Shown: one piece after another, positions 50,747 through 61,380 of the stretch
How the letters are laid out: every line of letters begins with the position of its first letter
Numbering within the stretch: position 1 is the first letter of the stretch
Assembly (NCBI RefSeq): GCF_009914755.1
Contig: NC_060940.1
Source of the DNA: the human T2T-CHM13v2.0 reference genome, Homo sapiens
Length of the DNA: 64,000 nt
Direction: 5' to 3' (one strand)
Position numbers and translations under genes: made by a program
Notes under the pieces: generated by a model
Databases searched by the model: none
Seen by the model: only the letters and a program-made list of their open reading frames with translations
Told to the model about the DNA's origin: nothing

Positions 50747-53700
50747 TTCAACTCACAGAGTTTAACCTTTCTTTTCAAAGAGCAGTTAGGAAACACTCTG
50801 TTTGTAAAGTCTGCAAGTGGATATTCAGACCTCTTTGAGGCCTTCGTTGGAAACGGGATTTCTTCATATTATGCTAGACAGATGAATTCTCAGTAACTTC
50901 CTTGTGTTGTGTGTATTCAACTCACAGAGTTGAACGATCCTTTACACAGAGCAGATTTGAAACACTGTTTTTCTGGAATTTGCAAGTGGAGATTTCAGCC
51001 GCTTTGAGGTCAATGGTAGAAAAGGAAATATCTTCGTATAAAAACTAGACAGAATGATTCTCAGAAACTCCTTTGTGATGTGTGCGTTCAACTCACAGAG
51101 TTTAACCTTTCTTTTCACAGAGCAGTTAGGAAACACTCTGTTTGTGAAGCCTGCCAGTGGATATTCGGACCTCTTTGAGGCCTTCGTTGGAAACGGGATT
51201 TCTTCATATTATGCTAGACAGAAGATTTCTCAGTAACTTCTTCGGGTTGTGTGTATGCAACTCACAGAGTTCAACCTTCCTTTAGACAGAGCAGATTTGA
51301 AACACTCTTTTTGTGGAATTTGCAAGTGGAGATTTCAAGCGCTTCGATGCCAATGGTAGAAAAGGAAATATCTTCGTATAAAAACAAGACAAACTCGTTC
51401 CCAGACACTGCGTAGTGATGTGTGTGTTTAACTCACAGAGTTTAACCTTTCTTTTCATACAGCATTCTGGAAACCCTCTGTTTGTAAAGTCTGCAAGTGG
51501 ATATTTGGACCTCTTAGATGCCTTCGTTGGAAACGGGATTTCTTCATATAATGCTAGAGGGAAGAATTCTTAGTAACTTCTTTGTGTTGTGTGTATTCAA
51601 CTGACAGAGTTGAACCTTCCTTTAGACAGAGCAGATTTGAAAGTCTCTTTTTGTGGAATTTGCAAGTGGAGATTTCAAGCGCTTTGAGGCCAAAAGCAGA
51701 AAAGGAAATATTTTCCTATAAAAACTAGACAGAATCTTTCTCAGAAACTGCTCTGGGATGTGTGCGTTCAACTCACAGAGTTTAACTTTTCTTTTCATTC
51801 AGCAGTTTGGAAACACTCTGTTTGGAAAGTCTGCACGTGGATATTTTGACCTCTTTGAGGCCTTCGTTGGAAACGGGTTTTTTTCATGTAAGGCTAGACA
51901 GAAGAAATCTCAGTAACTTCCTTGTGTTGTGTGTATTCAACTGACAGAGTTGAACCTTCCTTTAGACAGAGCAGATTCGAAACACTCTTTTTCTGCAATT
52001 TGCAAGTGGAGACTTCAAGCGCTTTGAGGCCAAAGGCAGAAAAGGAAATATCTTCGTATAAAAACCCGACAGAATCATTCTCAGAAACTGCTCTGTGATG
52101 TGTGCGTTCAACTCACAGAGTTTAACTTTTCTTTTCATTCAGCAGTTTGGAAACACTCTGTTTGTAAAGTCTGCAAGTGGATATCTTGGCCTCTTAGAGG
52201 CCTTCGTTGGAAACGGGTTTTTTCATGTAAGGATAGACAGAGGAATTCCCAGTAACTTCCTTGTGTTGTGTGCATTCAACTCACAGAGTTGAATGATTCT
52301 TTACACAGAGCAGATTTGAGACACTCTTTTGGTGGAATTTGTAAGTGGAGAATTCAGCCGCTTTGAGGTCAACGGTAGAAAAGGAAATATCTTCGTATAA
52401 AAACTAGGCAGAATGATTCTCAGAAACTGTTTTGTGATGTGTGCGTTCAACTCACAGAGTTTAACCTTTCTTTTCAAAGAGCAGTTAGGAAACACTCTGT
52501 TTGTAAAGTCTGCAAGTGGATATTCAGACCTCTTTGAGGCCTTCGTTGGAAACGGGATTTCTTCATATTATGCTAGACAGATGAATTCTCAGTAACTTCC
52601 TTGTGTTGTGTGTATTCAACTCACAGAGTTGAACGATCCTTTACACAGAGCAGATTTGAAACACTGTTTTTCTGGAATTTGCAAGTGGAGATTTCAGCCG
52701 CTTTGAGGTCAATGGTAGAAAAGGAAATATCTTCGTATAAAAACTAGACAGAATGATTCTCAGAAACTCCTTTGTGATGTGTGCGTTCAACTCACAGAGT
52801 TTAACCTTTCTTTTCACAGAGCAGTTAGGAAACACTCTGTTTGTGAAGCCTGCCAGTGGATATTCGGACCTCTTTGAGGCCTTCGTTGGAAACGGGATTT
52901 CTTCATATTATGCTAGACAGAAGATTTCTCAGTAACTTCTTTGGGTTGTGTGTATGCAACTCACAGAGTTCAACCTTCCTTTAGACAGAGCAGATTTGAA
53001 ACACTCTTTTTGTGGAATTTGCAAGTGGAGATTTCAAGCGCTTCGATGCCAATGGTAGAAAAGGAAATATCTTCGTATAAAAACAAGACAAACTCGTTCC
53101 CAGACACTGCGTAGTGATGTGTGTGTTTAACTCACAGAGTTTCACCTTTCTTTTCATACAGCATTCTGGAAACCCTCTGTTTTTAAAGTCTGCAAGTGGA
53201 TATTTGGACCTCTTAGATGCCTTCGTTGGAAACGGGATTTCTTCATATAATGCTAGAGGGAAGAATTCTTAGTAACTTCTTTGTGTTGTGTGTATTCAAC
53301 TGACAGAGTTGAACCTTCCTTTAGACAGAGCAGATTTGAAAGTCTCTTTTTGTGGAATTTGCAAGTGGAGATTTCAAGCGCTTTGAGGCCAAAAGCAGAA
53401 AAGGAAATATTTTCCTATAAAAACTAGACAGAATCTTTCTCAGAAACTGCTCTGGGATGTGTGCGTTCAACTCACAGAGTTTAACTTTTCTTTTCATTCA
53501 GCAGTTTGGAAACACTCTGTTTGGAAAGTCTGCACGTGGATATTTTGACCTCTTTGAGGCCTTCGTTGGAAACGGGTTTTTTTCATGTAAGGCTAGACAG
53601 AAGAAATCTCAGTAACTTCCTTGTGTTGTGTGTATTCAACTGACAGAGTTGAACCTTCCTTTAGACAGAGCAGATTCGAAACACTCTTTTTCTGCAATTT

Positions 53701-56700
53701 GCAAGTGGAGACTTCAAGCGCTTTGAGGCCAAAGGCAGAAAAGGAAATATCTTCATATAAAAACCCGACAGAATCATTCTCAGAAACTGCTCTGTGATGT
53801 GTGCGTTCAACTCACAGAGTTTAACTTTTCTTTTCATTCAGCAGTTTGGAAACACTCTGTTTGTAAAGTCTGCAAGTGGATATCTTGGCCTCTTAGAGGC
53901 CTTCGTTGGAAGCGGGTTTTTTCATGTAAGGATAGACAGAGGAATTCCCAGTAACTTCCTTGTGTTGTGTGCATTCAACTCACAGAGTTGAATGATTCTT
54001 TACACAGAGCAGATTTGAGACACTCTTTTGGTGGAATTTGTAAGTGGAGAATTCAGCCGCTTTGAGGTCAACGGTAGAAAAGGAAATATCTTCGTATAAA
54101 AACTAGACAGAATGATTCTCAGAAACTGTTTTGTGATGTGTGCGTTCAACTCACAGAGTTTAACCTTTCTTTTCAAAGAGCAGTTAGGAAACACTCTGTT
54201 TGTAAAGTCTGCAAGTGGATATTCAGACCTCTTTGAGGCCTTCGTTGGAAACGGGATTTCTTCATATTATGCTAGACAGATGAATTCTCAGTAACTTCCT
54301 TGTGTTGTGTGTATTCAACTCACAGAGTTAAACGATCCTTTACACAGAGCAGATTTGAAACACTGTTTTTCTGGAATTTGCAAGTGGAGATTTCAGCCGC
54401 TTTGAGGTCAATGGTAGAAAAGGAAATATCTTCGTATAAAAACTAGACAGAATGATTCTCAGAAACTCCTTTGTGATGTGTGCGTTCAACTCACAGAGTT
54501 TAACCTTTCTTTTCACAGAGCAGTTAGGAAACACTCTGTTTGTGAAGCCTGCCAGTGGATATTCGGACCTCTTTGAGGCCTTTGTTGGAAACGGGATTTC
54601 TTCATATTATGCTAGACAGAAGATTTCTCAGTAACTTCTTTGTGTTGTGTGTATGCAACTCACAGAGTTCAACCTTCCTTTAGACAGAGCAGATTTGAAA
54701 CACTCTTTTTGTGGAATTTGCAAGTGGAGATTTCAAGCGCTTCGATGCCAATGGTAGAAAAGGAAATATCTTCGTATAAAAACAAGACAAACTCGTTCCC
54801 AGACACTGCGTAGTGATGTGTGTGTTTAACTCACAGAGTTTAACCTTTCTTTTCATACAGCATTCTGGAAACCCTGTGTTTGTAAAGTCTGCAAGTGGAT
54901 ATTTGGACCTCTTAGATGCATTCGTTGGAAACGGGATTTCTTCATATAATGCTAGAGGGAAGAATTCTTAGTAACTTCTTTGTGTTGTGTGTATTCAACT
55001 GACAGAGTTGAACCTTCCTTTAGACAGAGCAGATTTGAAAGTCTCTTTTTGTGGAATTTGCAAGTGGAGATTTCAAGCGCTTTGAGGCCAAAAGCAGAAA
55101 AGGAAATATTTTCCTATAAAAACTAGAGAGAATCTTTCTCAGAAACTGCTCTGGGATGTGTGCGTTCAACTCACAGAGTTTAACTTTTCTTTTCATTCAG
55201 CAGTTTGGAAACACTCTGTTTGGAAAGTCTGCACGTGGATATTTTGACCTCTTAGAGGCCTTCGTTGGAAACGGGTTTTTTTCATGTAAGGCTAGACAGA
55301 AGAAATCTCAGTAACTTCCTTGTGTTGTGTGTATTCAACTGACAGAGTTGAACCTTCCTTTAGACAGAGCAGATTCGAAACACTCTTTTTCTGCAATTTG
55401 CAAGTGGAGACTTCAAGCGCTTTGAGGCCAAAGGCAGAAAAGGAAATATCTTCGTATAAAAACCCGACAGAATCATTCTCAGAAACTGCTCTGTGATGTG
55501 TGCGTTCAACTCACAGAGTTTAACTTTTCTTTTCATTCAGCAGTTTGGAAACACTCTGTTTGTAAAGTCTGCAAGTGGATATCTTGGCCTCTTAGAGGCC
55601 TTCGTTGGAAACGGGTTTTATCATGTAAGGTTAGACAGAGGAATTCCCACTAACTTCCTTGTGTTGTGTGCATTCAACTCACAGAGTTGAATGATTCTTT
55701 ACACAGAGCAGATTTGAGACACTCTTTTGGTGGAATTTGTAAGTGGAGAATTCAGCCGCTTTGACGTCAACGGTAGAAAAGGAAATATCTTCCTATAAAA
55801 ACTAGACAGAATGATTCTCAGAAACTGTTTTGTGATGTGTGCTTTCAACTCACAGAGTTTAACCTTTCTTTTCAAAGAGCAGTTAGGAAACACTCTGTTT
55901 GTAAAGTCTGCAAGTGGATATTCAGACCTCTTTGAGGCCTTCGTTGGAAACGGGATTTCTTCATATTATGCTAGACAGATGAATTCTCAGTAACTTCCTT
56001 GTGTTGTGTGTATTCAACTCACAGAGTTGAACGATCCTTTACACAGAGCAGATTTGAAACACTGTTTTTCTGGAATTTGCAAGTGGAGATTTCAGCCGCT
56101 TTGAGGTCAATGGTAGAAAAGGAAATATCTTCGTATAAAAACTAGACAGAATGATTCTCAGAAACTCCTTTGTGATGTGTGCGTTCAACTCACAGAGTTT
56201 AACCTTTCTTTTCACAGAGCAGTTAGGAAACACTCTGTTTGTGAAGCCTGCCAGTGGATATTCGGACCTCTTTGAGGCCTTCGTTGGAAACGGGATTTCT
56301 TCATATTATGCTAGACAGAAGATTTCTCAGTAACTTCTTCGGGTTGTGTGTATGCAACTCACAGAGTTCAACCTTCCTTTAGACAGAGCAGATTTGAAAC
56401 ACTCTTTTTGTGGAATTTGCAAGTGGAGATTTCAAGCGCTTCGATGCCAATGGTAGAAAAGGAAATATCTTCGTATAAAAACAAGACAAACTCGTTCCCA
56501 GACACTGCGTAGTGATGTGTGTGTTTAACTCACAGAGTTTAACCTTTCTTTTCATACAGCATTCTGGAAACCCTCTGTTTGTAAAGTCTGCAAGTGGATA
56601 TTTGGACCTCTTAGATGCCTTCGTTGGAAACGGGATTTCTTCATATAATGCTAGAGGGAAGAATTCTTAGTAACTTCTTTGTGTTGTGTGTATTCAACTG

Positions 56701-59700
56701 ACAGAGTTGAACCTTCCTTTAGACAGAGCAGATTTGAAAGTCTCTTTTTGTGGAATTTGCAAGTGGAGATTTCAAGCGCTTTGAGGCCAAAAGCAGAAAA
56801 GGAAATATTTTCCTATAAAAACTAGACAGAATCTTTCTCAGAAACTGCTCTGGGATGTGTGCGTTCAACTCACAGAGTTTAACTTTTCTTTTCATTCAGC
56901 AGTTTGGAAACACTCTGTTTGGAAAGTCTGCACGTGGATATTTTGACCTCTTTGAGGCCTTCGTTGGAAACGGGTTTTTTTCATGTAAGGCTAGACAGAA
57001 GAAATCTCAGTAACTTCCTTGTGTTGTGTGTATTCAACTGACAGAGTTGAACCTTCCTTTAGACAGAGCAGATTCGAAACACTCTTTTTCTGCAATTTGC
57101 AAGTGGAGACTTCAAGCGCTTTGAGGCCAAAGGCAGAAAAGGAAATATCTTCGTATAAAAACCCGACAGAATCATTCTCAGAAACTGCTCTGTGATGTGT
57201 GCGTTCAACTCACAGAGTTTAACTTTTCTTTTCATTCAGCAGTTTGGAAACACTCTGTTTGTAAAGTCTGCAAGTGGATATCTTGGCCTCTTAGAGGCCT
57301 TCGTTGGAAACGGGTTTTTTCATGTAAGGATAGACAGAGGAATTCCCAGTAACTTCCTTGTGTTGTGTGCATTCAACTCACAGAGTTGAATGATTCTTTA
57401 CACAGAGCAGATTTGAGACACTCTTTTGGTGGAATTTGTAAGTGGAGAATTCAGCCGCTTTGAGGTCAACGGTAGAAAAGGAAATATCTTCGTATAAAAA
57501 CTAGGCAGAATGATTCTCAGAAACTGTTTTGTGATGTGTGCGTTCAACTCACAGAGTTTAACCTTTCTTTTCAAAGAGCAGTTAGGAAACACTCTGTTTG
57601 TAAAGTCTGCAAGTGGATATTCAGACCTCTTTGAGGCCTTCGTTGGAAACGGGATTTCTTCATATTATGCTAGACAGATGAATTCTCAGTAACTTCCTTG
57701 TGTTGTGTGTATTCAACTCACAGAGTTGAACGATCCTTTACACAGAGCAGATTTGAAACACTGTTTTTCTGGAATTTGCAAGTGGAGATTTCAGCCGCTT
57801 TGAGGTCAATGGTAGAAAAGGAAATATCTTCGTATAAAAACTAGACAGAATGATTCTCAGAAACTCCTTTGTGATGTGTGCGTTCAACTCACAGAGTTTA
57901 ACCTTTCTTTTCACAGAGCAGTTAGGAAACACTCTGTTTGTGAAGCCTGCCAGTGGATATTCGGACCTCTTTGAGGCCTTCGTTGGAAACGGGATTTCTT
58001 CATATTATGCTAGACAGAAGATTTCTCAGTAACTTCTTTGGGTTGTGTGTATGCAACTCACAGAGTTCAACCTTCCTTTAGACAGAGCAGATTTGAAACA
58101 CTCTTTTTGTGGAATTTGCAAGTGGAGATTTCAAGCGCTTCGATGCCAATGGTAGAAAAGGAAATATCTTCGTATAAAAACAAGACAAACTCGTTCCCAG
58201 ACACTGCGTAGTGATGTGTGTGTTTAACTCACAGAGTTTCACCTTTCTTTTCATACAGCATTCTGGAAACCCTCTGTTTTTAAAGTCTGCAAGTGGATAT
58301 TTGGACCTCTTAGATGCCTTCGTTGGAAACGGGATTTCTTCATATAATGCTAGAGGGAAGAATTCTTAGTAACTTCTTTGTGTTGTGTGTATTCAACTGA
58401 CAGAGTTGAACCTTCCTTTAGACAGAGCAGATTTGAAAGTCTCTTTTTGTGGAATTTGCAAGTGGAGATTTCAAGCGCTTTGAGGCCAAAAGCAGAAAAG
58501 GAAATATTTTCCTATAAAAACTAGACAGAATCTTTCTCAGAAACTGCTCTGGGATGTGTGCGTTCAACTCACAGAGTTTAACTTTTCTTTTCATTCAGCA
58601 GTTTGGAAACACTCTGTTTGGAAAGTCTGCACGTGGATATTTTGACCTCTTTGAGGCCTTCGTTGGAAACGGGTTTTTTTCATGTAAGGCTAGACAGAAG
58701 AAATCTCAGTAACTTCCTTGTGTTGTGTGTATTCAACTGACAGAGTTGAACCTTCCTTTAGACAGAGCAGATTCGAAACACTCTTTTTCTGCAATTTGCA
58801 AGTGGAGACTTCAAGCGCTTTGAGGCCAAAGGCAGAAAAGGAAATATCTTCATATAAAAACCCGACAGAATCATTCTCAGAAACTGCTCTGTGATGTGTG
58901 CGTTCAACTCACAGAGTTTAACTTTTCTTTTCATTCAGCAGTTTGGAAACACTCTGTTTGTAAAGTCTGCAAGTGGATATCTTGGCCTCTTAGAGGCCTT
59001 CGTTGGAAGCGGGTTTTTTCATGTAAGGATAGACAGAGGAATTCCCAGTAACTTCCTTGTGTTGTGTGCATTCAACTCACAGAGTTGAATGATTCTTTAC
59101 ACAGAGCAGATTTGAGACACTCTTTTGGTGGAATTTGTAAGTGGAGAATTCAGCCGCTTTGAGGTCAACGGTAGAAAAGGAAATATCTTCGTATAAAAAC
59201 TAGACAGAATGATTCTCAGAAACTGTTTTGTGATGTGTGCGTTCAACTCACAGAGTTTAACCTTTCTTTTCAAAGAGCAGTTAGGAAACACTCTGTTTGT
59301 AAAGTCTGCAAGTGGATATTCAGACCTCTTTGAGGCCTTCGTTGGAAACGGGATTTCTTCATATTATGCTAGACAGATGAATTCTCAGTAACTTCCTTGT
59401 GTTGTGTGTATTCAACTCACAGAGTTAAACGATCCTTTACACAGAGCAGATTTGAAACACTGTTTTTCTGGAATTTGCAAGTGGAGATTTCAGCCGCTTT
59501 GAGGTCAATGGTAGAAAAGGAAATATCTTCGTATAAAAACTAGACAGAATGATTCTCAGAAACTCCTTTGTGATGTGTGCGTTCAACTCACAGAGTTTAA
59601 CCTTTCTTTTCACAGAGCAGTTAGGAAACACTCTGTTTGTGAAGCCTGCCAGTGGATATTCGGACCTCTTTGAGGCCTTTGTTGGAAACGGGATTTCTTC

Positions 59701-61380
59701 ATATTATGCTAGACAGAAGATTTCTCAGTAACTTCTTTGTGTTGTGTGTATGCAACTCACAGAGTTCAACCTTCCTTTAGACAGAGCAGATTTGAAACAC
59801 TCTTTTTGTGGAATTTGCAAGTGGAGATTTCAAGCGCTTCGATGCCAATGGTAGAAAAGGAAATATCTTCGTATAAAAACAAGACAAACTCGTTCCCAGA
59901 CACTGCGTAGTGATGTGTGTGTTTAACTCACAGAGTTTAACCTTTCTTTTCATACAGCATTCTGGAAACCCTGTGTTTGTAAAGTCTGCAAGTGGATATT
60001 TGGACCTCTTAGATGCATTCGTTGGAAACGGGATTTCTTCATATAATGCTAGAGGGAAGAATTCTTAGTAACTTCTTTGTGTTGTGTGTATTCAACTGAC
60101 AGAGTTGAACCTTCCTTTAGACAGAGCAGATTTGAAAGTCTCTTTTTGTGGAATTTGCAAGTGGAGATTTCAAGCGCTTTGAGGCCAAAAGCAGAAAAGG
60201 AAATATTTTCCTATAAAAACTAGAGAGAATCTTTCTCAGAAACTGCTCTGGGATGTGTGCGTTCAACTCACAGAGTTTAACTTTTCTTTTCATTCAGCAG
60301 TTTGGAAACACTCTGTTTGGAAAGTCTGCACGTGGATATTTTGACCTCTTAGAGGCCTTCGTTGGAAACGGGTTTTTTTCATGTAAGGCTAGACAGAAGA
60401 AATCTCAGTAACTTCCTTGTGTTGTGTGTATTCAACTGACAGAGTTGAACCTTCCTTTAGACAGAGCAGATTCGAAACACTCTTTTTCTGCAATTTGCAA
60501 GTGGAGACTTCAAGCGCTTTGAGGCCAAAGGCAGAAAAGGAAATATCTTCGTATAAAAACCCGACAGAATCATTCTCAGAAACTGCTCTGTGATGTGTGC
60601 GTTCAACTCACAGAGTTTAACTTTTCTTTTCATTCAGCAGTTTGGAAACACTCTGTTTGTAAAGTCTGCAAGTGGATATCTTGGCCTCTTAGAGGCCTTC
60701 GTTGGAAACGGGTTTTATCATGTAAGGTTAGACAGAGGAATTCCCACTAACTTCCTTGTGTTGTGTGCATTCAACTCACAGAGTTGAATGATTCTTTACA
60801 CAGAGCAGATTTGAGACACTCTTTTGGTGGAATTTGTAAGTGGAGAATTCAGCCGCTTTGACGTCAACGGTAGAAAAGGAAATATCTTCCTATAAAAACT
60901 AGACAGAATGATTCTCAGAAACTGTTTTGTGATGTGTGCTTTCAACTCACAGAGTTTAACCTTTCTTTTCAAAGAGCAGTTAGGAAACACTCTGTTTGTA
61001 AAGTCTGCAAGTGGATATTCAGACCTCTTTGAGGCCTTCGTTGGAAACGGGATTTCTTCATATTATGCTAGACAGATGAATTCTCAGTAACTTCCTTGTG
61101 TTGTGTGTATTCAACTCACAGAGTTGAACGATCCTTTACACAGAGCAGATTTGAAACACTGTTTTTCTGGAATTTGCAAGTGGAGATTTCAGCCGCTTTG
61201 AGGTCAATGGTAGAAAAGGAAATATCTTCGTATAAAAACTAGACAGAATGATTCTCAGAAACTCCTTTGTGATGTGTGCGTTCAACTCACAGAGTTTAAC
61301 CTTTCTTTTCACAGAGCAGTTAGGAAACACTCTGTTTGTGAAGCCTGCCAGTGGATATTCGGACCTCTTTGAGGCCTTCG
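50747..61380. repeat. Tandem duplication of a 3-HOR block, period 5,097 bp (maximal boundaries)
   Basis: Shared variants at +5,097: CTTCGGGTTG (51243/56340), CTAGGCAG (52408/57505), GTTTTTAAAG (53183/58280), GAGTTAAACG (54330/59427), GATGCATTCG (54920/60017), TTTTATCATG (55620/60717), CCCACTAAC (55650/60747), TTGACGTCAA (55765/60862). Confidence 0.93.
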
